Of a stretch of DNA of 64,000 nt, positions 27,571 to 35,870 are shown in pieces. The position numbers and the translations under genes are program-made. Each line of letters starts with the position of its first letter. The stretch's first letter is position 1. Under the pieces are notes generated by a model. It was not told the origin of the DNA, did not search any database, and saw only the letters and a program-made list of their open reading frames with translations. The stretch is from an uncultured bacterium (GTDB lineage Bacteria > Fidelibacterota > Marinisomatia > Marinisomatales > UBA1611). The stretch lies in assembly GCA_963933175.1 (NCBI GenBank), contig CAWVTW010000001.1:143-64142 (forward strand), written 5' to 3'.

Positions 27571-28836
27571 ATGAATAAAATCATAAAAAGAGACACAAAA
27601 GATATTAGAACATCTCTAAAAACTTCTACAATAGAAGGATCTTGGTGGGCAGTTATGTACGGATCTGTTGAAACATACTTTGGCGCTTTTTTTGAATTTC
27701 TAAAATACTCAAGCTTTGAAATTTCTATACTAACAACTCTACCCATTTTTATCGGATCTATATTTCAAAATTATACATCCTTTTTTTTTCACATATTAAA
27801 ATCACGAAAAACACTTCTAGTCATCTTAAAGATAATTCAGACCCTTCTTCTACCAACGATATACTATGTTGGGATTAAAACTGATAATTTTTATTTATTT
27901 TTACTTGTTATATGCTTTTATTTTATGATTGCCATTTCACAGCTATCGCCGTGGACATCATGGATGGGATACCTAGTTCCGGGTAGGATAAGAGGACGTT
28001 ATTTTGCGAATAGGTCTCAAATAGTAAAAATATCCATGCTTATATCATCACTACTTGCAGGGACACTGCTTAATGAATATAGCGAAACAGATGCTTTATT
28101 AGGCTTTGGTATAATTTTCTGTATTGGTATAGTCGCAAACATAGGCTCGATGTTCTTTATAACAAAAAAGTATGAACCTCCGTATCAATTAATTAGCAGT
28201 AAAAGTCAATTTAATAATTATGGAGATGAAAAATCCAATATTATTAAAACATTCATTTCCTTTGATGCTATTTCACAATTTTCAGTTTCAATATCAGGGC
28301 CACTTATGATGGTATTCTGGATAAGGCATCAGGAGTTTAATTATTTAGAACTAGCAATTCTTATTAATGCTAGCCAAATACTTAGCTTATTTAGCTTAAG
28401 ATATTGGGGGAAAAAGATTGATGAGTTAGGTACTCATATTACCATAAGATGGACTAGCTTAATAATAATATTCTTTCCAATAATGTGGATTGGAACTTCT
28501 TATTTACCAACTCAACTGAAGCTTCCAATGTCAATAATGATTGCATCTTTTGGTGCACTTACTTTTAGCGGAAGAAGCCTTGCAATGGATAATCGTTTGT
28601 TTGAGCTTATGACTGGAAAAGATATGATTAGTTTAACATCAAAAAGAATATTTTACAGAGGCCTTTTTATATTCCTAGGAGGCGTTTTGGGTGGCTTTAT
28701 AAGTAAACAAGAATCTATATTGCATCAATTATTAACACCGGCTATTAATCCTATCCACCTAGTATTCCTTTCTTCTTCATTGATTAGATTATCCGTATGG
28801 ATAGTTTATTTAAGACATGGGAAAAAAGCAGTATAA
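27571..28836 (+). CDS. MFS-type transporter, substrate unknown
   Basis: 421 aa with about 12 predicted hydrophobic helices and very AT-rich codon usage. It is the only plus-strand gene in the first 38 kb. Confidence 0.6.
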   Translation: MNKIIKRDTKDIRTSLKTSTIEGSWWAVMYGSVETYFGAFFEFLKYSSFEISILTTLPIFIGSIFQNYTSFFFHILKSRKTLLVILKIIQTLLLPTIYYVGIKTDNFYLFLLVICFYFMIAISQLSPWTSWMGYLVPGRIRGRYFANRSQIVKISMLISSLLAGTLLNEYSETDALLGFGIIFCIGIVANIGSMFFITKKYEPPYQLISSKSQFNNYGDEKSNIIKTFISFDAISQFSVSISGPLMMVFWIRHQEFNYLELAILINASQILSLFSLRYWGKKIDELGTHITIRWTSLIIIFFPIMWIGTSYLPTQLKLPMSIMIASFGALTFSGRSLAMDNRLFELMTGKDMISLTSKRIFYRGLFIFLGGVLGGFISKQESILHQLLTPAINPIHLVFLSSSLIRLSVWIVYLRHGKKAV

Positions 28837-29032
28837 AATCAAAATAGTTATTTAATAGTTCTAAAAGTTGATACCTACATATAGTTCATTAAATAATGAT
28901 ACCAAGACAAGAAATTATATAATTTGTGGGCTTTTTTGTTATACGTTATTTTTTACTAAATGTGCAATAGAATCCAAGGAAATGAATACGATTTAGCCCA
29001 TATTGTCCCGGGACGTATTTTGGTACTAAAAG

Positions 29033-29057
29033 AAAAAGGCTCCATTGGAGCCTTTTT
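29033..29057. terminator. bidirectional-looking hairpin terminator just 3' of tRNA-Leu
   Basis: aaaaaGGCTCC-att-GGAGCCttttt, a 6-bp GC-rich stem flanked by A5 and T5. Confidence 0.6.
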
Positions 29058-29066
29058 CTTAACGAG

Positions 29067-29150
29067 TACCCGGGGCCGGACTCGAACCGGCACGTCCTTA
29101 CGGACAATGGATTTTAAGTCCATAGTGTCTACCAATTCCACCACCCGGGC
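29067..29150 (-). tRNA. tRNA-Leu (anticodon UAA), type II with long variable arm
   Basis: The reverse complement is gcccgggtggtggaattggtagacactATGGActtaaaaTCCATtgtccgtaaggacgtgccggttcgagtccggccccgggta. Acceptor, D, anticodon (loop CTTAAAA) and T arms (GTTCGAGTC) all fold. CCA is not encoded. Confidence 0.93.
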
Positions 29151-29162
29151 TTAAATAAAATG

Positions 29163-29236
29163 AGGCGTCGGCCGGATTCGAACCGGCGAATAACGGTTTT
29201 GCAAACCGGCCCCTTAGACCGCTTGGGTACGACGCC
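29163..29236 (-). tRNA. tRNA-Cys (anticodon GCA)
   Basis: The reverse complement is ggcgtcgtacccaagcggtctaaggggccggtttgcaaaaccgttattcgccggttcgaatccggccgacgcct. Acceptor is GGCGTCG/CGACGCC, anticodon loop TTGCAAA, T arm GCCGG-TTCGAAT-CCGGC. The U73 discriminator matches known tRNA-Cys. Confidence 0.9.
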
Positions 29237-29315
29237 ATAATATTTCTTAAATTTTCAAAATACGCGGCGGAATTTACTTTACGAATTCTGCCATTCAATT
29301 CACCTTTTTAGGTTT

Positions 29316-29576
29316 TTGGAACAGATTTTACAGGTAGTTTTGATCATGAATATAACCCGATTAAATATCTATAAACGGCTCAGGGATTTTAAAGTGCCAT
29401 CATCTATTCTAGATGAAATTTTTTCAAATGATAAAGATTTGAAAATTCTGGAAGATTCTTTCTCAGCTTTAGTAGACGATGGCTTTACCGAAGATGAATC
29501 TGCCGAAAATATTTCAAAAATGATCTTTAAAGAATTAGATATTGATCCAGATCAATCCTTGACCGAAGAAAAATAA
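29316..29576 (+). CDS. hypothetical small acidic protein
   Basis: ORF track only (86 aa). No recognisable motif. It overlaps the convergent 118-aa ORF by 25 nt. An internal Met (MNITRLNIY) is an alternative start. Confidence 0.3.
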   Translation: MEQILQVVLIMNITRLNIYKRLRDFKVPSSILDEIFSNDKDLKILEDSFSALVDDGFTEDESAENISKMIFKELDIDPDQSLTEEK

Positions 29577-29908
29577 TTCACATTCGCATTAGATGGTGAT
29601 ATTTTCTCAATATTATAATTAAAACCCTTCCCTTCCCGTACCTGTTCCCTTAATCGATTAATTTTTGGTAAATGTGTTTTTGCCACATAGTACGATGTTA
29701 ATCCATCTGCTAAACTGTCTAGTACTATTTCACTAAAAATAATGGCTTCGTTTCTCAGGTAGCCTTCTCTCAAATCCTGCCATACAGTTGGGCTGTCAAC
29801 CATCTTACTTTGCGTGAGCAATAAATAATCAACCACAAATTGATCCAAAGCTTTTGGTTCTTTACCCACAAGCAGGGAAACAATTGCTATATACCCGATT
29901 ATTTTCAT
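29552..29908 (-). CDS. hypothetical exported protein
   Basis: 118 aa with a hydrophobic N-terminus (MKIIGYIAIVSLLVG). It lies 7 nt downstream of pepF on the same strand. Confidence 0.4.
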   Translation of the reverse strand: MKIIGYIAIVSLLVGKEPKALDQFVVDYLLLTQSKMVDSPTVWQDLREGYLRNEAIIFSEIVLDSLADGLTSYYVAKTHLPKINRLREQVREGKGFNYNIEKISPSNANVNYFSSVKD

Positions 29909-29915
29909 GGATCAA

Positions 29916-31616
29916 TTATAATGAAGAAACATCTACGCTATCCAACCAATTTGAAACTTTTTCTACCACCGATTCCAAACACCCATCGTCAAATGGGAGT
30001 TTTAAACCGGCTAATTCAACCAAACCCGTAAAAGGAAGGCTCCCGCCTGCTTTACATAACCGATTATAATCTGACCATGCTTGCTCTCTATTTTCTTCAC
30101 TTTTAATCCAAAACTGGAATGCGCAAATTTGCGCTAAAGTATAGTCAATATAGTAAAACGGCATTTGATATATATGGAGCTGCCCCTGCCAAATACCACC
30201 GGATTTTGGGAATTCAATATCATCATAATCTCGATTTGGCAGATAAATGGATTCCAGTTCCAGCCACTTATTTTTTCTGTCTTTGGGCGTTGCTTCAGGA
30301 TTCTCATAGACCCAGTGCTGAAAATGATCTACACAGGCACCATAAGGCAGGAAGGATAAACTGCCTGCAATATGCTTGTATTTGAAGCGCTCTGTTTCTT
30401 CCTTAAAAAATCGCTCCATCCAGGGCCAGGTAAAAAATTCCATACTCATGGAATGTATTTCCGCTGCTTCCATGGTTGGCCATAGATAACTCACGAGAGG
30501 TTGGTGCCGACTGGAATAACTCTGAAAGGCATGCCCAGCTTCATGGGTTAAGACCGTTATATCGTGATCTGTACCATTGAAATTTGAAAAAATGTAGGGT
30601 CGATCATATTTGGGAAATGATGTACAGAATCCTCCGGGACGTTTTCCTTCGCGATTCACCAGATCCATCAACTCTTCATTCACCATAATGTCAAAAAATT
30701 CACCCGTCTCTGGAGATAATTCATGATACATGTCCTGGGCACCAGAGACCAACTCTTCCGGAGTCCCTTTAGGCTTTGGGTCACCTTCCTTAAAATTGAT
30801 GCCATCATAAAAATATAAGTGATCCAGTCCTAAAATAGCCTTTTTCTGTTCTAGTAGTTGGGTCACAATTGGGACAACATGATCCACGATCTGCTTCCTG
30901 AAATTTGCAACTTCATCCGGACCATAGTCGGACCTCCCCATACGCAAATAGCCCAGTTCAACAAAGTTATTATACCCCAGAGTTGTAGCAATTTTATGGC
31001 GGAGTTTGACAAGTTTATCATACAAATCATCAAATTCATCAGCATTCTCTTCAAACCATTGAAACCGAGCTGCATAAGATCGTTTGCGAAGGTCTCGGTC
31101 TTCATGAGTATGGAAGGGGCCTAATCCGGCCAGATTATAACTTTTTCCATCAAACTCTATCTTAGCCCCGGCTGTGAGTTTTGTGTACTCATTTCTAAGG
31201 TCTGTTTCCTTGCGAAGCATATTCATAATTTTTGGATCGAACGTTTTTAATTCCATTTCAATTTTTTCCAAGAATGTAGCACCCCATTCCTCAGTTAAAT
31301 CAGCTTTGAATCGAGATGCGTCCACGGCCTGATCAAGTTTATTGTATACTTCTTGGATATCAGGACCTATAGAATCATAATAATCTCTCTCAGATTTCGC
31401 AGCTTCATCATTAATATTTCGGCTGAAATTCAAACTAGCGATGGACTGGTAGGACGAATATTCCCTGCTTGACTCATCCACTTCTTTTAAGACAGTAATC
31501 TGTTCAGATGCAGTTTCAGCATTTTCAAAACGTATCAGCCAACCAGCCATCAATTCTTTTTGGGTTTCTATATCAACTCGTTTGTATGGAAAATCTTTGT
31601 ATTTCATATTCTTCAC
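29916..31616 (-). CDS. pepF: M3B-family oligoendopeptidase F
   Basis: 566 aa with the zinc site TVLTHEAGHAFQ (HExxH). Length and overall pattern fit PepF/M3B oligoendopeptidases. Confidence 0.85.
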   Translation of the reverse strand: MKNMKYKDFPYKRVDIETQKELMAGWLIRFENAETASEQITVLKEVDESSREYSSYQSIASLNFSRNINDEAAKSERDYYDSIGPDIQEVYNKLDQAVDASRFKADLTEEWGATFLEKIEMELKTFDPKIMNMLRKETDLRNEYTKLTAGAKIEFDGKSYNLAGLGPFHTHEDRDLRKRSYAARFQWFEENADEFDDLYDKLVKLRHKIATTLGYNNFVELGYLRMGRSDYGPDEVANFRKQIVDHVVPIVTQLLEQKKAILGLDHLYFYDGINFKEGDPKPKGTPEELVSGAQDMYHELSPETGEFFDIMVNEELMDLVNREGKRPGGFCTSFPKYDRPYIFSNFNGTDHDITVLTHEAGHAFQSYSSRHQPLVSYLWPTMEAAEIHSMSMEFFTWPWMERFFKEETERFKYKHIAGSLSFLPYGACVDHFQHWVYENPEATPKDRKNKWLELESIYLPNRDYDDIEFPKSGGIWQGQLHIYQMPFYYIDYTLAQICAFQFWIKSEENREQAWSDYNRLCKAGGSLPFTGLVELAGLKLPFDDGCLESVVEKVSNWLDSVDVSSL

Positions 31617-31646
31617 CTTGTATTATAAATTTTAAATAAAACTGGT

Positions 31647-32519
31647 TTAAACTATACCTAAACGGCTTTTCTTCCTCTCGTCTCTTCCAAACGGATCAGG
31701 TTGAGGAATTGCCCTTAGCAATTCTTTTGTATAATCATGTTCGGGGCTATCAAATATATCACCTGTGTCTTTAATCTCTACTAATTCGCCGGAATACATG
31801 ACACCTACTCTGCTAGATATATGTTTTACTACAGAAAGATCATGTGCAATGAAAATAATAGACAGATTTAATTCTTCTTGCAAATCCATCATAAGGTTAA
31901 TTATCTGTGCCTGAATAGAAACGTCTAATGCTGAAACTGGCTCATCTGCAATAATGATCTCTGGATCTGTGGCTAAGGCGCGGGCTATACCAATACGCTG
32001 TCGTTGGCCACCTGAGAATTCATGGGGATATCTATTCGATTGTTCAATTGTAAGACCCACTTTATTAAGTAGCCAGTCTACTTTTTCATTTTTTTCAGAC
32101 AAAGTAAGATTCGTATTTATGTCTAGAGGTTCCTTAATTATATCCTTTACAAGCATTCGAGGATTCAGAGATGAATAGGGATCCTGAAATATCATTTGAA
32201 TATATTGCCTGTATGGTTTTATTTCTTTTCGTGTTAATCTACTCAATTCAATTTCCTCATCATTAAGGACAATCTTTATATCTCCCTGAATTTTAACATC
32301 AGGAGCAGTTAATTGAATTACATTGAGAATAGCATTGCCCAAAGTAGATTTACCAGAGCCAGATTCACCTACTATTCCTAAAGTTTCACCTCTAATAAGA
32401 TCAAGACTAACATTCCTAACAGCATGTACAGAGCCTATTTGCTTTTGTAGAATGCCTCCAAAGATTGGAAAATCTACGGAGAGATCTTTGATCTTTAATA
32501 TTGGATTTTCTTTATTCAT
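31647..32519 (-). CDS. peptide ABC transporter ATP-binding protein (OppF/DppF-like)
   Basis: GESGSGKST (Walker A), FSGGQRQRIGIARAL, IIIADEPVSALD and FIAHDL. Confidence 0.88.
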   Translation of the reverse strand: MNKENPILKIKDLSVDFPIFGGILQKQIGSVHAVRNVSLDLIRGETLGIVGESGSGKSTLGNAILNVIQLTAPDVKIQGDIKIVLNDEEIELSRLTRKEIKPYRQYIQMIFQDPYSSLNPRMLVKDIIKEPLDINTNLTLSEKNEKVDWLLNKVGLTIEQSNRYPHEFSGGQRQRIGIARALATDPEIIIADEPVSALDVSIQAQIINLMMDLQEELNLSIIFIAHDLSVVKHISSRVGVMYSGELVEIKDTGDIFDSPEHDYTKELLRAIPQPDPFGRDERKKSRLGIV

Positions 32520-33505
32520 TTTTTCAAAATTTCTAGATTTATTCTTGCAAAATGATCCGTTTCAATTTCAGAAAGATCAGGTTCTATAGTTGTACCTCCG
32601 CAGGCACATTCTGTAGGGTCAAATCTTGAGCAAAGTTTACATTCATCCCCAAGTTCAAGCATTGATGGCACCATTCCTTTCAAAGCCTTTAATCGTTTGG
32701 TCTGTGTATTCATTTTAGGGATTGAATCCATCAAGGCTTTTGTGTAGGGGTGTATTGGGTTACTAAATAAGTCATGCACGTTAGCTATCTCTTGTATTAC
32801 ACCACCATACATCACAATTACTCTATCACACGTTTCTGCAATTACAGCAAGATCGTGCGTAATCAATAAAATAGCTGCATCTTTTCTCTTATCCTTAAGA
32901 TCCATCATTAGATCTAATATTTGTGCCTGTATCGTTACATCCAAAGCAGTGGTAGGTTCATCAGCAATTAATAGTGATGGGGTACATTGAAGTGCCATAG
33001 CGATCATTATTCTCTGCCTCATACCACCCGAGAATTGGTGAGCATAATCATATATTCTTCTTTCGGGATCTGGTATCCCTACTGCTTTAAGCATTTCAAT
33101 ACTTCGGGGAGTTGCTTCATCGAAACTTATACCATCATGTTCGACTAGCACTTCATTCATTTGTGGTAATATTCTTAGAACAGGGTTAAGCGAAGTCATA
33201 GGCTCTTGAAATATCATTGAAATATGTTTTCCCCTATATTTTCTCATTTCTTCGTAGCTTAGATCTAACAGGTTTACACCATTATATAGAATCTTACCCG
33301 CAACTATTTCACCTGGCGGATTTGGTATCAACCTATTGATAGATAATGATGTTACTGATTTTCCTGATCCAGATTCTCCAACTATTCCTAATACTTCCCC
33401 CTTGTAGATATCAAATGAAACATCATTTACTGCCTTTACAGTACCAGCTTCAGTATGGAAAAATGTCTTGAGACCCTTTATTTCAAATAGCTTATGTTCG
33501 CTCAT
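32516..33505 (-). CDS. peptide ABC transporter ATP-binding protein (OppD/DppD-like) with C-terminal Cys cluster
   Basis: GESGSGKSV, FSGGMRQRIMIAMAL, LLIADEPTTALD and LITHDL. The C-terminal tail is ECKLCSRFDPTECACGG (four Cys). Confidence 0.88.
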   Translation of the reverse strand: MSEHKLFEIKGLKTFFHTEAGTVKAVNDVSFDIYKGEVLGIVGESGSGKSVTSLSINRLIPNPPGEIVAGKILYNGVNLLDLSYEEMRKYRGKHISMIFQEPMTSLNPVLRILPQMNEVLVEHDGISFDEATPRSIEMLKAVGIPDPERRIYDYAHQFSGGMRQRIMIAMALQCTPSLLIADEPTTALDVTIQAQILDLMMDLKDKRKDAAILLITHDLAVIAETCDRVIVMYGGVIQEIANVHDLFSNPIHPYTKALMDSIPKMNTQTKRLKALKGMVPSMLELGDECKLCSRFDPTECACGGTTIEPDLSEIETDHFARINLEILKK

Positions 33506-34566
33506 CGTAACCTAGAATAGACTTTTGGATCAAAGGCTTCTCGAGCACCTTCGCCTATAAAGACAACAGATAAAAGGGTTAAAAACTGTGCTGAAACAGG
33601 AGCAAATACCATCCACCATTTTCTTATATTTTGCAGACCGACATCAAGCATCTGTCCCCATGAAGGAGTTGGAGGTGAAAGACCAAATCCAAGATAATCA
33701 AGACCAACTAGTGCAGATATTCCAGCGACCACTGAGAATGGGAAATATGTAATGATTGGGACTAATGAGTTTGGCAAAATATGCTTGAACATTACTTTGA
33801 AATCAGACTGCCCCATGCTAAGTGCTGCTGCGACATAAGCTCTTGTTTTTTCTCTATAAAATTCTGCTCTCATGAAATATGTCATACTAATCCAGTTCAC
33901 AAGAGTATAGATACTAATAAGAAGCATGAATGACGGTTTAAGTATGGACGATAGGATTATTATTACAAAAAGCATAGGCAAGCTAGACCATATTTCAATG
34001 AGTCGTTGAAAAAAGAGATCAAACTTCCCCCCAAAATATCCCATGGCACCACCAATCAATACACCAATAATGTAATTAATGATTGTTAATAGTAATGCGA
34101 AAGATATTGATATATTAAAAGCATAGCACAATCTTGCAAACACATCCCGGCCAGTATTATCTGTCCCCAGCCAATGCTTTCGCGATGGTGGTTCATACAT
34201 TTTATTACCTTCAAATGTAATATCTTCATAAGGTGAATATGGATAAGGAGGCATCCAAACCCAGTTTCCCTGCACATTGTTTTTTTCGAATTTATCTTTG
34301 AGCTTTCTATATCTGGTCTCACCAGGGACTTCTTGGTTAAAAACTTTTCCTGAAATATATCCTGATACCGCCGGGAAATATAAACTACCTTCATATTTTA
34401 CTATAATTGCACGGTTATTGATCAGGAATGGTAAGAAAAAGGATATTCCATACAAAGAAGAAAGGATAATTAACGAATAATATCCCCTTTTTAGAGTTTT
34501 AAATTTTTCCCACCTTTTTTTGAAAATAGAATCATTGATCGGAATGGCATTATCTAGGCTATTCAT
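33502..34566 (-). CDS. peptide ABC transporter permease (YejE/OppC-like)
   Basis: 354 aa. Contains HWLGTDNTGRDVFARL (typical OppC-family motif) and the binding-protein-dependent transport signature region AALSMGQSDFKVMFKHILPN. Confidence 0.85.
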   Translation of the reverse strand: MNSLDNAIPINDSIFKKRWEKFKTLKRGYYSLIILSSLYGISFFLPFLINNRAIIVKYEGSLYFPAVSGYISGKVFNQEVPGETRYRKLKDKFEKNNVQGNWVWMPPYPYSPYEDITFEGNKMYEPPSRKHWLGTDNTGRDVFARLCYAFNISISFALLLTIINYIIGVLIGGAMGYFGGKFDLFFQRLIEIWSSLPMLFVIIILSSILKPSFMLLISIYTLVNWISMTYFMRAEFYREKTRAYVAAALSMGQSDFKVMFKHILPNSLVPIITYFPFSVVAGISALVGLDYLGFGLSPPTPSWGQMLDVGLQNIRKWWMVFAPVSAQFLTLLSVVFIGEGAREAFDPKVYSRLR

Positions 34567-35840
34567 TATTTGAACCTTATTCTTGGATCAACGAGCGCTA
34601 AAATAAAATCAGAAATAATGTTACCAAGTAGCCTAAGAATTACAACAATGACCAAAAAACCCAGTGTGACAGGATAATCTCGCTGGAGAACTGCCTCAAA
34701 TGCCAATTTACCGAACCCTTCGATATTGAATACTCTTTCTATAAAATAAGAACCAGCTATAACAACACCAATAATCTGTCCAAAGTTTGCAGCTATGGGA
34801 ATCACACTATTTCTTATAGCATGAGACCAGATTACTCTCTTTTCACTAATACCTTTTGCAAATGCAGTTCGTATGTAATCTTGACTTAAATTTTCTAAGA
34901 GACCATTTTTCATTAGAACTGTCAGGGTAGCAAAACTACCAATCGACCACGCTATTATGGGAAGGATCATATGATGTGTCTGGTCAATTATTTTTTGGAA
35001 TAAAGTCATTTGTTCCCAGATTTCTCTAGGACTATGTAAGCCACCTAGCGGAAAAACATCCAAAAAGCTTCCTCCGCCTAGTAAAACAAGTAAAACGCCC
35101 CCTAAGGCCCATCCCGGAATTGAATAAGTAATGAAGATCATTACACTCGAACCAAAGTCAAATAAAGAGCCGTGATTAATTGCCTTTTTTATACCTAGAG
35201 GTATACAGACTAAATAGGATAATAAAATACCCGTCAATCCTAGAAGAAGAGAAATTCGAAACCTTGGTGCCATTACCTCTGTTACTGGCCTAGCATAAAT
35301 ATATGATCTACCTAAATTACCTGTTAGAATTCCTGATAATTCTTTTTGAAATACAACTGCATCTACAGACCCATCTACTTGAAGACTGTCAACAGAAGCA
35401 TGCCATTTTTTACTTATACTACCATCTTTTTCATGTACTAATAATTTACCATTATCCAAATATTCAACATCCACTAACCATAACTTCCCATCACGCTTCC
35501 CAACTCTCTTCTCTTTAATCGTTTGCCCTAATGGAAAAATAACTTCACGGTGTTTTATTTCTCTAGGCATTACACCCAACCATATTAGATATCTCTGGAG
35601 TATAGGTTTATCGAACCCGTAAAAACGTCTGAGTTCTCTTAATGCACTCTCAGGTAATACACTTCCTCCCAAAACACCAGATGTAGCTGCACCTGGTTCT
35701 GAACCACCCATCTGTAGTTCCATAATTGCTCTATCAATTGGTCCGCCAGGTGCTATTTGCAAAATGATAAATACAAGGATCGTAGATCCTAAAAATGTAG
35801 GTACCATTAATAATAACCGCCTTAAGAAGTAAGTGGTCAT
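34566..35840 (-). CDS. peptide ABC transporter permease (YejB/OppB-like) with enlarged periplasmic loop
   Basis: 424 aa. The N-terminus is YFLRRLLLMVPTFLGSTILVFIILQIAPGGP and the signature region is RTAFAKGISEKRVIWSHAIRN. About 150 residues lie between TM1 and TM2, longer than I expect for OppB. Confidence 0.85.
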   Translation of the reverse strand: MTTYFLRRLLLMVPTFLGSTILVFIILQIAPGGPIDRAIMELQMGGSEPGAATSGVLGGSVLPESALRELRRFYGFDKPILQRYLIWLGVMPREIKHREVIFPLGQTIKEKRVGKRDGKLWLVDVEYLDNGKLLVHEKDGSISKKWHASVDSLQVDGSVDAVVFQKELSGILTGNLGRSYIYARPVTEVMAPRFRISLLLGLTGILLSYLVCIPLGIKKAINHGSLFDFGSSVMIFITYSIPGWALGGVLLVLLGGGSFLDVFPLGGLHSPREIWEQMTLFQKIIDQTHHMILPIIAWSIGSFATLTVLMKNGLLENLSQDYIRTAFAKGISEKRVIWSHAIRNSVIPIAANFGQIIGVVIAGSYFIERVFNIEGFGKLAFEAVLQRDYPVTLGFLVIVVILRLLGNIISDFILALVDPRIRFK

Positions 35841-35870
35841 ATTTTTGTCAGTCTATCTGAATATTCTATT

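Noticed and set aside
25613-29066. I looked for an integrase, excisionase, transposase or inverted terminal repeats that would make the tRNA-flanked islet an active mobile element.
   Set aside because: None was found in any frame, so it is reported only as a probable remnant and not annotated as a mobile_element.
28956-29298. Track ORFs 28956..29144, 28960..29154 and 29098..29298.
   Set aside because: They overlap the tRNA-Leu and tRNA-Cys genes and the terminator hairpin, so they are spurious.
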